A stretch of 29,399 bases of DNA. It comes from a virus. Its lineage: Duplodnaviria > Caudoviricetes. The stretch's first letter is position 1; every line of letters starts with the position of its first letter. A program made the translations under genes and the position numbers. A model generated the notes under the pieces. It was not told the origin of the DNA. It saw nothing but the letters and a program-made list of their open reading frames with translations, and did not search any database. Of this stretch, positions 1 to 8,586 are shown in pieces. The DNA is taken from the IMG/VR virus record IMGVR_UViG_3300020043_002440, positions 1 through 29,399 of that record. One strand, written 5' to 3'.

Positions 1-352
1 TGTTTACCATGCAAGAGTGGCCGAGTAGCTTGATGATGTCGAAATCTCCAGCTTGCGCATCGGTCATCTTTTTGCCAATCCATGATTCAACGAACTTGCG
101 AAGTGATGCCTTCTCGCCCATGCTGAGGTTGAATACAGTCTTAACATAGAATGGCTGCTCTCCTTTGTCATCGCTGAAAACTGCGGTTTCCATTGGTAGT
201 TCAAACAAGAATTGCACTTTGCGTTTCTTGTTTCCCCACTTCTCATCGAACGTGGTTCCCTTGTCAATGATTTGGTAGCATCTTGCTACGTGTGCCCCTT
301 CGGGAGCGATTTGGCGGCTTGAGCCATTGCCAGAGTTTACTGGTGCTTTCAT
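1..352 (-). CDS. Phage replication / ssDNA-binding-like protein (resembles NGO0469-type family); 3'-truncated by window edge
   Basis: Not in the ORF track; manual translation MKAPVNSGNGSSRQIAPEGAHVARCYQIIDKGTT...FNLSMGEKASLRKFVESWIGKKMT...FDIIKLLGHSCMVN is open to the edge. The PxGxHxAxC..xDxGT and EKAxLRK..xWxG..FD..LLG pattern recalls this phage family. Confidence 0.6.
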   Translation of the reverse strand, partial: MKAPVNSGNGSSRQIAPEGAHVARCYQIIDKGTTFDEKWGNKKRKVQFLFELPMETAVFSDDKGEQPFYVKTVFNLSMGEKASLRKFVESWIGKKMTDAQAGDFDIIKLLGHSCMVN

Positions 353-364
353 GATGTTTAAAGT

Positions 365-676
365 TTAAATTGAGGTTAAAAGTGCTTGAGTTGATTGTTC
401 GTGAAGATACTCGGTAACGAGTGCAAATGTGTTGTGGAATTCATCCATGTTACAAGGATCATAGATACGCTTCTCCGCTGGAACGCCATACTCCATGCAG
501 CGATGGTATTGGCGTGCGAGGTTAGCGGCTTGAGAATCGCATCGGGTGTATAGCCCTTTGATGCATCCGTCATTTACAACCATGACCATTGTGCCGGTCA
601 AGTGATTGTAATGGAAAAATTCTGTGCCCTTCCAATTTTTGAAGGTCGTTGCTGTTGAGAGTTCTGGTGTGTGCAT
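365..676 (-). CDS. Hypothetical phage protein (103 aa)
   Basis: ORF fills the gap, is co-oriented, and has an A/C-rich upstream region. Confidence 0.7.
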   Translation of the reverse strand: MHTPELSTATTFKNWKGTEFFHYNHLTGTMVMVVNDGCIKGLYTRCDSQAANLARQYHRCMEYGVPAEKRIYDPCNMDEFHNTFALVTEYLHEQSTQALLTSI

Positions 677-702
677 GTGTATAAAGGTGTAAAAGTTTAA
701 GG

Positions 703-728
703 AAAAAGTGGGGGCGGTTAGGGCCCCC
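703..728 (-). terminator. Intrinsic terminator
   Basis: Minus strand GGGGGC-CCTAACC-GCCCCC-ACTTTTT just after the stop of 736..942. Confidence 0.65.
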
Positions 729-735
729 GTTAAGG

Positions 736-942
736 TTAGGAATTTATTCTAATGTATGTTACCGAAAAATTAGATGGCGTGCGGTATAACGAGCAATCAA
801 TACCCTCTAAAGAAAGTTTAATTTGGCGTGCGTTAGCTTGTGTTAGGTTTGAGTAAGCTACGGCGTTTATTCCAAACTTATCAGCTTTTGCTAATACTGT
901 TACACCGTTGCGAAGTTTTGTAGTTGTAATTGTTGTTGTCAT
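736..942 (-). CDS. Hypothetical early protein (68 aa, MTTTITTTKLRNG...)
   Basis: ATG at 942 is preferred over the track start at 993 because the promoter lies at 964-994. Confidence 0.65.
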   Translation of the reverse strand: MTTTITTTKLRNGVTVLAKADKFGINAVAYSNLTQANARQIKLSLEGIDCSLYRTPSNFSVTYIRINS

Positions 943-963
943 GGCTGTGATTGTTTTGTTTGA

Positions 964-994
964 CAAATGTACACAGCTTTTTTGATTCTGCAAA
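964..994 (-). promoter_or_regulatory. Bacteroidota housekeeping-sigma promoter (-33/-7)
   Basis: TTTG (994-991) - 19 nt - TACATTTG (971-964), full consensus TTTG-N19-21-TAnnTTTG, intergenic. Confidence 0.8.
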
Positions 995-1059
995 TTAAAA
1001 ACAAAGAAAACAGCAAACCACCAGCGTAAAAAATCGCAAGTGCTTAATAATCAACGCAA

Positions 1060-1704
1060 TTATTTTGCGCGACCAATTGCGAATCCTGTAATGCCACCGA
1101 GCGCAAAAGCGAATGCCTTTGTCTCATACCACTTTTTGGGAGGCTGGGCCACGATCACGTTGTGCATTCCTGTGACGCTTACATATGGATTATCTATCCC
1201 AAGGCGAACCACCTTGTCTCTTTTACGCGAAAAGAGACCGCCTCGCAGCGTATCTCCAATTGCAACGGTATAACTTACCGGAATGATAATCGAATCGATT
1301 TGAAGCCTTCCTAAGCGGTTTATTGAGCCACCTATCTGAAGGAACTTCCCCTCTCGGCTGAATGACCTTGGCAGGCGTAGGTGCGGAAAGCTGTCGATGT
1401 AGACTGTTTCGCCAAGCTCGACTTGCGTCACCACCTTGGTCCGCGTTTGATACCTTACCACCACTTCAGGCTCTCGCAGCTCCAACGCTCGCAGCTTTGT
1501 GCCTGCCTCCGCGAGCTGGACTGCTTGGCTGTGGATTCTGGAACTGTCCTTCGAAATGCGCACAGTATACTCCGAATTCAGCGAGTCAAGATACATGGCA
1601 TTACTTTCGGCCTCGCCTAACGCACCGCATGTGCGGATCAGTAGCAGCAAAATAAATAAGCAGATTGCCAATAGGCTTAGTGTACTGATATTGCTCTGGT
1701 GCAT
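1060..1704 (-). CDS. Putative spanin-like lysis protein
   Basis: N-terminal hydrophobic helix ending IRTC, a coiled-coil stretch, C-terminal KKWYE plus a Gly-rich hydrophobic segment; last gene of the lysis cassette. Confidence 0.5.
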   Translation of the reverse strand: MHQSNISTLSLLAICLFILLLLIRTCGALGEAESNAMYLDSLNSEYTVRISKDSSRIHSQAVQLAEAGTKLRALELREPEVVVRYQTRTKVVTQVELGETVYIDSFPHLRLPRSFSREGKFLQIGGSINRLGRLQIDSIIIPVSYTVAIGDTLRGGLFSRKRDKVVRLGIDNPYVSVTGMHNVIVAQPPKKWYETKAFAFALGGITGFAIGRAK

Positions 1705-1868
1705 TGTATTAGTTCGTTAAGTCGTTTTATATACTCATCCTTGTTGCGCAATTCATTGAGCAATATATCCGCTGCCACCTTCAGCGGCATGGCTTTCTCG
1801 GCTATGTAAACTGCCAGCACCTTCACAAGTCTCTCATCGCATTCGCAGTCGGTGGCCGGTAGGTTCAT
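1677..1868 (-). CDS. Hypothetical helical protein (63 aa)
   Basis: ATGA overlap with the stop of the HisKA gene; overlaps the start of the next gene. Confidence 0.6.
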   Translation of the reverse strand: MNLPATDCECDERLVKVLAVYIAEKAMPLKVAADILLNELRNKDEYIKRLNELIQCTRAISVH

Positions 1869-2431
1869 ATTTGCCTGGTTGCTTTCTTAACTAATAGCCG
1901 AATCACATCATCAAGCTTGTCAACGCTACTGGCAAGCATCTTCATCACATCATCACGCTCCTGATCCGTTGCATTATTGTGCTCAATCATCATCTTCACC
2001 AAGCCCCCGATTGAAGTCAATGGCTGTCGCAGTTCGTGCGATAGCATGAAGCGGAACTCTTCCAGGAGAATCTTCTGGCGTTCATGTTCATGGTTGCTGA
2101 TGGAAGTCACATCGACAAGCTGAATGCCGATGAAGTGCAGCATGTCAACAATGGAATAAACATTCCACATATTGTACCTCTCAGAGGCCATCTTCTGCTT
2201 TGTCTTGGCATAGGTCCGAATCGGATCGGGCGTTTTCTTCTGCGACTTCCTGATTGCCTGAAGCAGCTCATCGCGGTCGGAATCATTGGCCGCAATGTCG
2301 AGAATGTTGGTAGGCTTTATGTGGCTGCTGTACTCCTTGAATAAATCATTGGAGGTGACGATATTGCCATCCTTATCGGTGATCACATAGAAGAGGTCAA
2401 TTGATGACTCAAGGATGTGCAGGCTTGCCAT
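1865..2431 (-). CDS. PAS-like + HisKA (DHp) protein lacking the HATPase domain (188 aa)
   Basis: H-box FMLSHELRQPLTSIGG followed by a second helix (..SVDKLDDVIRLLV); N-terminal PAS-like ILESSIDLFYVITDKDGNIVTSNDLF; no N/G1/F/G2 boxes. Start reassigned to ATG 2431. Confidence 0.85.
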   Translation of the reverse strand: MASLHILESSIDLFYVITDKDGNIVTSNDLFKEYSSHIKPTNILDIAANDSDRDELLQAIRKSQKKTPDPIRTYAKTKQKMASERYNMWNVYSIVDMLHFIGIQLVDVTSISNHEHERQKILLEEFRFMLSHELRQPLTSIGGLVKMMIEHNNATDQERDDVMKMLASSVDKLDDVIRLLVKKATRQI

Positions 2432-2435
2432 ATCG

Positions 2436-2443
2436 CAAAGATA
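2436..2443 (-). promoter_or_regulatory. -7 promoter box, probably giving a leaderless transcript of the HisKA gene
   Basis: TATCTTTG-CGAT-ATG. Confidence 0.65.
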
Positions 2444-2460
2444 AGGCAAGGATTGAACTT

Positions 2461-2859
2461 TTAGGCTAATTCTTTACGTAAGTCCTGCAAAAGATTTGAC
2501 CAGGCAGCACCGCATCCCATAAGATACTTTGCAGACATCCACAGAGTGAAGCTGAACACAATGCCGTTTAAAAGTATATCGTAATTCATAGGCGTTTCCA
2601 ATTCTTGCGTATTCCTTACAGGCTGAGATTTGACCGTGTAGTACGTGGGAGCAGCTAACAAAGATACATCACAGGGCTGAATTGTATCAAATGCGGTGAG
2701 AACTTTCTCCTTGCGAGGCTGTGCCATAACGGCTTCGAAGCTTTCGCGGTTAGCCTGGGCGAAGCTTGTATCTGCATTAGCGGCCTCCCAGCTCATGGTG
2801 TCGATGTTGAGCTTGTTGTGCCTTGCAATCTTTATGGTATCTCTACGAATCTGCTGCAT
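2461..2859 (-). CDS. Hypothetical protein with C-terminal transmembrane helix
   Basis: YDILLNGIVFSFTLWMSAKYLMG hydrophobic segment; start overlaps the holin end. Confidence 0.6.
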   Translation of the reverse strand: MQQIRRDTIKIARHNKLNIDTMSWEAANADTSFAQANRESFEAVMAQPRKEKVLTAFDTIQPCDVSLLAAPTYYTVKSQPVRNTQELETPMNYDILLNGIVFSFTLWMSAKYLMGCGAAWSNLLQDLRKELA

Positions 2860-3049
2860 CGCTTTTAGCTTTTGGAATATACCCGGCAGCGATTAATGCT
2901 GCAATGATGGCGGTTAATGTCTCGGCTGTTATCACTTTGAAGATTAGTAAAAATATGGATACCAGAATCATCAGCGAGCCGATGGTGCCACGCCAGTGCT
3001 TGACAACGACATCCACAACTCGCCTTGGTTTGGTAGCCCTTTTCCTCAT
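2843..3049 (-). CDS. Putative holin (68 aa, 2 TM)
   Basis: Basic N-terminus MRKRATKPRR, two hydrophobic helices, adjacent to the endolysin; ATG at 3049. Confidence 0.65.
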   Translation of the reverse strand: MRKRATKPRRVVDVVVKHWRGTIGSLMILVSIFLLIFKVITAETLTAIIAALIAAGYIPKAKSDAADS

Positions 3050-3095
3050 GGGTAAGTTTACGCAAAGAGGCGGCCCGTGTTGGGGCAATAGTGGC

Positions 3096-3554
3096 TCAGA
3101 AGTTACAAAGTGAGAAGTACAGATTAGCCTCTTCGCGGCGGCGGTTTGTTAAGCCGTTAAGGATTTTTCCGCCTGCCTTGTTCCACTTCAGGAACTCATC
3201 CAAGATGCTTGGGTCTGCGGCGTTTGCTTTGGCCTTCTTGAGCAGCGTGGATTTCACCAACGCACCAGTCCCCACGTTGTAGCTAAAGGCCACAAGCGCA
3301 TCGAACTGGCATTGGTTAAGGTTAGGTAAATGCTTATTTACAGCGTCCTCATAGGGCGAAAGCGTAGCGAGCAGCAATTGTGTTGCTTCCTTTTCGTTAT
3401 TGAGTTTCTCACCCAGTAGCACCTTCTTGCCGTTTGGATGGCGAGAACTGCCGTAGCCAATTGTCGGAACGCCAGCAGGGCAAAGGTAGGAACTAAGCCG
3501 CAAGCCCTCGTACTTCTTAATCAGATTTAGACCTAGAAGCGAGGTGGAGCGCAT
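3096..3554 (-). CDS. Endolysin, GH24 phage lysozyme
   Basis: EGLRLSSYLCPAGVPTIGYG catalytic motif, QFDALVAFSYNVG, STLLKK, GLTNRRREEA. Confidence 0.95.
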   Translation of the reverse strand: MRSTSLLGLNLIKKYEGLRLSSYLCPAGVPTIGYGSSRHPNGKKVLLGEKLNNEKEATQLLLATLSPYEDAVNKHLPNLNQCQFDALVAFSYNVGTGALVKSTLLKKAKANAADPSILDEFLKWNKAGGKILNGLTNRRREEANLYFSLCNF

Positions 3555-4049
3555 TTAGAGAATGATGTATTGAATGTTGGCAACTACGGTTATTTGAGCA
3601 TCAAGTGCCGAAAGTGTAACGCCAATGCTAATTTGACTTGATCCAGTATCAGCAGAAACAAAGGCACTAATCAATTCAGAATAGTTATTTGTAATTGGAG
3701 TTATAACACCAAAAGCATCACGCGCATTTGTAAAAGTTGAGCCAACTGGTGGGCTAATGTTAAAGCTACCGGTATCAACCGCAGCGTCTAAGTCTATATC
3801 AAGATAAAGGCTCATCGTTACCACGTTATCCACGCGGCTATATAATGCGCGTAATACAGTTGCAGTACAGTCGTTTTCGCCGCTTATCGTTGGCGTAAAG
3901 TTACCACTACTAAATTGCGGCAAGCCGTCGTAGATGTTTTGCACTTCAATTTTCTTCGATTGATTCGCAGTTGTATCAACGATGTACATAATATCGTTAG
4001 CATCTGCCGTGCCTAACGGTGCTAAATCGGTTACTTTAACGCCTGCCAT
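3555..4049 (-). CDS. Small fibre / receptor-binding-like virion protein (164 aa)
   Basis: N-terminal MAGVKVTDL..D..YIVD....SKKI motif typical of phage fibre N-termini; C-terminal beta-rich GNFTPT..YSRVDNVVT head domain. Confidence 0.6.
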   Translation of the reverse strand: MAGVKVTDLAPLGTADANDIMYIVDTTANQSKKIEVQNIYDGLPQFSSGNFTPTISGENDCTATVLRALYSRVDNVVTMSLYLDIDLDAAVDTGSFNISPPVGSTFTNARDAFGVITPITNNYSELISAFVSADTGSSQISIGVTLSALDAQITVVANIQYIIL

Positions 4050-4072
4050 AGTTGTAAAATTTGCCCCCTAAG

Positions 4073-4291
4073 TTACAAAGAATTTAAATATTCTAACGCA
4101 TACTCTGAAGTCTTAAACTCAAACTCATTTAGTTGATAATCCGATAGCGTAATGCAATACACGCCCTGCTCAGTTATTACGTGAAAGGATGTTTCATCCA
4201 CCGTCTCCCAGCGTGGTTCTGTTAGTGCAATCCTTTCGCTCGCCGTTGAGGTAAATTCGATAGTGTCCGATGTGATGTTTACGTTTGTCAT
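4073..4291 (-). CDS. Hypothetical acidic protein (72 aa)
   Basis: ATGA-coupled to the fibre gene. Confidence 0.65.
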   Translation of the reverse strand: MTNVNITSDTIEFTSTASERIALTEPRWETVDETSFHVITEQGVYCITLSDYQLNEFEFKTSEYALEYLNSL

Positions 4292-6924
4292 AACTTCTCA
4301 ATTAAGTAGCCCGATACAAGTGTTGTGTCTGTGCCTGTTGTTTGTTGTGCTGCTAAAATAATGTACTGAGTTTGTGTCCAATCAATATTGGTGTTTGTGA
4401 TTCCGTTGGTTGTTCCAACGTCAGTCTGAAAGTTAAATGTCGAAAGCATGGATTGAGTAACCGTTGCGGACTTTATAAATAATCTCCTTTCGATTTGCCC
4501 GTATAAATTGACTGAGCTGAAAGTTCCTATAAGGCTCGCACCCGTTAGGCTGTTTGCCGTGTTGATGTAAATCCTAATTGTCATGTTCGCAACCGCTGTA
4601 CTCTTTTGCGTGCGAAATAAAACGCGAATAATATCTCCCACCGAATACGTATTCGCAGCGATAACCTGAGATTGTACAAGTTGGTTTGTTGTGCCTGTAA
4701 TCGTTGCCGAATCGGTTGTGCTTTTAAATGTACTTATCGGCAAGGTTGCAAGCGTTCCATCCCCTCTAACATACTGCGAGTTCGTACCGCCTAACACATT
4801 GCCCAAACTTCTATTCTTCCAAAGGTTATTAACTCCCGTAGTGTAAACCAAAAAGTCATTATTCACGGGCGTAACGGTTGTGATGTCAACATCGCTCAGT
4901 TCGTCAAGCTGGAAGCCGTTTTGTACAAGCACGTAAATTTGCCCGTTGCCTGCATTCGCACGCTCAACAATTCCGATACGTGTCAAATGGTTCGGTGCTA
5001 ATGGTAGCGTGTTTGTCAATGCGCCGGGGCTATTGCCTACATAAAGCGTATCGCCTGCCGTAAACATTCCCGTATTGATGCCATCGACTACGCCCTGAGT
5101 GATGATATACCCTTTCTGATTTGGTGCAATCGAACTGCTAAACACAAGTCCCACCGTTTTCGCGCTTGTCGCCTCTGTGGTATTATCTGCGAGCTTTACC
5201 GTCATGCGGTCGCCTGTTGCGCCAAAGGCGTAGACGGGCTGCCCTCTGTTAATCGTTACGCTGTCCGCATTTGTGATGTATGCAAACATTTGATTCGGAG
5301 CAACGCCAAGTATCTGAAAGTTCGTGCCGTCATAGATTGCAACGAATTGCTGGTTTGCTGCAATGTCGCCGCCGATAATTGGAACGGTGTTATTCTTTGC
5401 GATGTTAACCGCACCAAGCCCGTTGATGTTTATAGTGGATGCACCCGTGTTCGCGTTGGTAAATCCAATCGCGTAGGCATCGTTGAGGTTGTAACCCGTA
5501 ACGCCCGGTATGCTTACCGCGTAAGTATCCGTACCCGTTGCCTGACCGCCTTGCATACCGCCCGTTGCGGTGCTATCTATTGTAAAGCTTGGATAAGTAC
5601 CGCTCACGGTTATATCCGTACCGCCTGTGATGCTTACGATTTGGTCGGGTGCGGTGTTGTCGATGGTGGTTCCTGTGATGCTTATGCCGGTGCCAGCAAT
5701 GAGCGTATCTTGCTTGCCATCGAAGGTGTTCCAATCTGCGCTGCTGAGGTAGCCGTCTGTTGTACTATCCGCTTGCGTGATGCTGATGTCTGGCGTTGCC
5801 CCACCGCTTGAACTTAGCGGTGCGGTTGCGGTTACGTCCTCAACAATTGTCGCAGGCAGAACGGGTATTGTTGGCTTGTTTAATATCTGATTATTGCCAG
5901 TCGTTGCGTTCCAATCGGATGGCTGTTGCACAAGCGGAAAGCCTGCTCCGAGGTTAGTCCAATAAGTTGCGTTCGTTGGAATTATCGAGTCGTTACTTGC
6001 GATGCAGCGGTAAACATTGCCTGAATAATACACCACATCATTAATCGCATAAGCGTTGCCTGTTGCGGTTAGATGGTCCGTGCTAAATGGCAAGGCCACA
6101 AGTGTGCCACCACCTCCACCGCCAGGCACATTCACCTCAACCACTCCAGGCGAAGTCAGCGAAGCCGTAACGCCTGCACCGGTGAAGTTCAATGTTGTTG
6201 TGTTGGTGCTTACGTTTACTCCTTCTTCCTGCGTGCGCAATGGCGTGCCACCGCCTCCACCAATTGCAACCAACGGATCGGATGGTGTTCCATTGCCTGT
6301 GATGGTCACCCCATCCACAGCAACCGATGTCAGGCAAGGCTCACAAGGCTCGAAGTCTGGAAGCGGAATGTCACCAGTTGCGCATGTGTCATAGCAGCCG
6401 TCCTCAGATGAGGTGCTGATGTTGACATCCACATCGATTGCAACAGCGGCCCATTCGTAATTCAATGGCAAGTACCTCGCCTCCGTTGCGTACCCACTTG
6501 GCACAACTTCGTAAGCAATCACTCCAATGGCCGTCTTGAATTGTGGGTCTGTGCCGCTAATGAGTCGAAGCACGCGAGATGCTACCCAATCCTGAGCATC
6601 GGCAGAGTCGCAAGGAAGGTGCGACTTGCGCACCATCGCATAAGCCGTCATGCTGAACTTAGTCTCATATATCGACTTGCAGCCTGCAAGTCTGAGCGAA
6701 TCATTCTTGCTCACTGTTATCTTGCCACGCTTGGCCCAGAACAATGTGCCCTGCTTCGCATCGTAATTCGTCACAGGAATCGCTTGGCCGTTTCCAATGT
6801 AGAAAGCCCAAGCTTTGTCATTGCCTTCGCCTACAAGTTCGCTGAGTCCGTATATCTGGTCGAAGATATTGCCAACTTCAATGCGTTGGTTAAGTCTGTC
6901 AAGTATGGTGGAGAGTAGATTCAT
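4288..6924 (-). CDS. Fibre-like virion protein with an N-terminal putative tail-completion domain (878 aa)
   Basis: Thr/Gly-rich modular body, poly-Gly linkers, CBM5/12-like AYAINDVVYYSGNVYRC..P..ATYW, SDWNAT..QILNKPTIP motif; the globular N-terminal ~180 aa sits in the neck-gene position. Confidence 0.7.
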   Translation of the reverse strand: MNLLSTILDRLNQRIEVGNIFDQIYGLSELVGEGNDKAWAFYIGNGQAIPVTNYDAKQGTLFWAKRGKITVSKNDSLRLAGCKSIYETKFSMTAYAMVRKSHLPCDSADAQDWVASRVLRLISGTDPQFKTAIGVIAYEVVPSGYATEARYLPLNYEWAAVAIDVDVNISTSSEDGCYDTCATGDIPLPDFEPCEPCLTSVAVDGVTITGNGTPSDPLVAIGGGGGTPLRTQEEGVNVSTNTTTLNFTGAGVTASLTSPGVVEVNVPGGGGGGTLVALPFSTDHLTATGNAYAINDVVYYSGNVYRCIASNDSIIPTNATYWTNLGAGFPLVQQPSDWNATTGNNQILNKPTIPVLPATIVEDVTATAPLSSSGGATPDISITQADSTTDGYLSSADWNTFDGKQDTLIAGTGISITGTTIDNTAPDQIVSITGGTDITVSGTYPSFTIDSTATGGMQGGQATGTDTYAVSIPGVTGYNLNDAYAIGFTNANTGASTININGLGAVNIAKNNTVPIIGGDIAANQQFVAIYDGTNFQILGVAPNQMFAYITNADSVTINRGQPVYAFGATGDRMTVKLADNTTEATSAKTVGLVFSSSIAPNQKGYIITQGVVDGINTGMFTAGDTLYVGNSPGALTNTLPLAPNHLTRIGIVERANAGNGQIYVLVQNGFQLDELSDVDITTVTPVNNDFLVYTTGVNNLWKNRSLGNVLGGTNSQYVRGDGTLATLPISTFKSTTDSATITGTTNQLVQSQVIAANTYSVGDIIRVLFRTQKSTAVANMTIRIYINTANSLTGASLIGTFSSVNLYGQIERRLFIKSATVTQSMLSTFNFQTDVGTTNGITNTNIDWTQTQYIILAAQQTTGTDTTLVSGYLIEKL

Positions 6925-7496
6925 CGTTTGCTCATTGCGTTTATAATTTGCTCAACTAATTGCTGCGCGTGGTCCTCAAGCATCTCGGCTTGCTCTTCTG
7001 GTGTGGGTACGAAGATTGGCCCGTACTTTTTTTCAAGTCCTTCGACCTTGCCTTCTTCTGATGCAGGCACAGCAATTGAAGCCTCTAAGCCTTCTGTGAT
7101 TACGTCCTCAGATAAGAATCCACCTTTGAGCTTGCCAGTCAATTCAAGCGGCAGCTTTCTCGATGTTTCTCTTTTTAACTGAGCGTAGCCATCAGGGAAG
7201 TACAGCGACTTGATTGGCTTTCCTTTTGATTCACCTTCTGGAGGCTTGCCAAATTTGAACTTTGCCGGAGCATTGGTAAGGCTTCTTGGACTCACATAAA
7301 TCGGAGTCGTGCTGTATGGCTTAGTCGGAAGCTTTTCGCCTGCTGAGTTAGTGCCTCCACTGGAGCCAGTGCCAAAGATTCGCTTAAACATGATGCGCTT
7401 CAATTCCCTCACTGCCGAATACAAAGGTGTGAACTTGGAAGTCCAGCCTTCATACAAGCTGTCGAGGTTCTTCTGAATTTCGGCAGGCGTTGGCAT
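6921..7496 (-). CDS. Putative neck / virion morphogenesis protein
   Basis: Basic protein with an LELTGKL motif, located after the head-tail adaptor candidate. Confidence 0.5.
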   Translation of the reverse strand: MPTPAEIQKNLDSLYEGWTSKFTPLYSAVRELKRIMFKRIFGTGSSGGTNSAGEKLPTKPYSTTPIYVSPRSLTNAPAKFKFGKPPEGESKGKPIKSLYFPDGYAQLKRETSRKLPLELTGKLKGGFLSEDVITEGLEASIAVPASEEGKVEGLEKKYGPIFVPTPEEQAEMLEDHAQQLVEQIINAMSKR

Positions 7497-7497
7497 G

Positions 7498-8535
7498 TTA
7501 CGGCAGGGCTGTCACATATTTCATGTTCTTTCTGCAATCCCAGCAATGCGTGTCATCAGGCAGGCGCATGTTCTGCAACATTGCGCCAAGCTCTTCGCCG
7601 TAGCGTGTTGCTGCGATGTCACGGGCTGCCATAATTCCCTCCATTAGTTCGGGCTTGTTTTGGCCCCTATTCACAATTACAGAAGTATTCACCCTTTGGT
7701 TAGGGCTTATGGTCAGCGCATAGTTGTAAACCTCAACAGCGGTGGCGTATGCAAGCGGCAAGGCCATCAGCCCACCGATTGAGCACATCCATCCTTGGCG
7801 GTCGCAGTTGATGCTATATGTCAGGCTCATGCCTGTGGTGTACTTACTTGAGCTGCTTGTCAGCACGTTCGTTCCATCGGTAGTCAATTCAATCCCGATC
7901 GCATCCACGAAAGGGCAAATGTGCGATTCTCTTGGACCGCCTCCGCAAGAAGTGCATGTGCCCTTCTTTGGAGTGAACTTCACAGTATTGATGTCCGACT
8001 CGTACACGATTGCAATGTCAAGCTTGCGCTTTGCTGAGGTGAAGGTCTTGCCGATAAACTGGTCCAATGCACCCTCTGCATAAGTGATCGTCTCAAGCAA
8101 CTTGCCTGTGGTCATGTCGAAGATAAGCACCGGCACATTCACATTCGCTGAAGCAATTGCCAGGTTAATATCTGCAAGGTAGAAGTTGAGGTATGAAACC
8201 GTATTCGGGTCAATCTTCAATCTGATGCCACCATAATTGCCAGCACCAAGTGCATTCTGCACATTGGCATAATTGGACACAACTTGTCCAACTCGCTTGT
8301 TCTCAATCACAGTGTCGCTCTTCATCATTGGACTGAGCTTAGTCAGTACATCGGATGAGATTTTGCGCCATGCGAAGGCTCGCTTATCTTCAAACAGCTC
8401 AACGCCGTTGAGATACTGGTCCGTGATAAGTTGCCCTAAGAATGTCTGATTGATTCCGAGGTCATCAATGTAGAGCCCTGTCGATGGCTCTGGTGATTCG
8501 CAGCCTCTCAATCCGAGTAGTGATTCAATGCACAT
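7498..8535 (-). CDS. Putative head-tail adaptor / structural protein (345 aa, Cys-rich)
   Basis: First gene after the major capsid; helical ends with a beta insert; ends CWDC. Confidence 0.5.
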   Translation of the reverse strand: MCIESLLGLRGCESPEPSTGLYIDDLGINQTFLGQLITDQYLNGVELFEDKRAFAWRKISSDVLTKLSPMMKSDTVIENKRVGQVVSNYANVQNALGAGNYGGIRLKIDPNTVSYLNFYLADINLAIASANVNVPVLIFDMTTGKLLETITYAEGALDQFIGKTFTSAKRKLDIAIVYESDINTVKFTPKKGTCTSCGGGPRESHICPFVDAIGIELTTDGTNVLTSSSSKYTTGMSLTYSINCDRQGWMCSIGGLMALPLAYATAVEVYNYALTISPNQRVNTSVIVNRGQNKPELMEGIMAARDIAATRYGEELGAMLQNMRLPDDTHCWDCRKNMKYVTALP

Positions 8536-8550
8536 CTCTTGAAGTTTTTA

Positions 8551-8558
8551 CAAAGATA
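8551..8558 (-). promoter_or_regulatory. -7 promoter box overlapping the terminator U-tract
   Basis: TATCTTTG 15 nt upstream of ATG 8535. Confidence 0.6.
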
Positions 8559-8584
8559 AAAAAAAGGAGGGCACGAAGCCCTCC
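8558..8584 (-). terminator. Intrinsic terminator of the capsid transcript
   Basis: GGAGGGC-TTCGT-GCCCTCC-TTTTTTTT. Confidence 0.9.
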
Positions 8585-8586
8585 CT

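Noticed and set aside
667-680. 14-mer GTGTGTGCATGTGT also present at 28079-28092 (possible att site or terminal repeat)
   Set aside because: Low complexity, one copy spans a start codon, no integrase, and phage genes continue on both sides
1677-1868. Possible frameshifted HATPase domain downstream of HisKA
   Set aside because: No N/G1/G2 box residues recognisable in the downstream ORF and the space is too short for a CA domain
3481-3488. Intragenic TAnnTTTG matches (e.g. 873, 3481)
   Set aside because: About 7 matches per strand are expected by chance; these are not at gene boundaries
6104-6261. Near-identical 17-mers at 6104-6120 and 6245-6261
   Set aside because: Explained by two poly-Gly-Thr linkers in the fibre protein
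3555-6924. Diversity-generating retroelement or invertible tail-fibre cassette
   Set aside because: No reverse transcriptase, recombinase or template/variable repeat pair seen in the window
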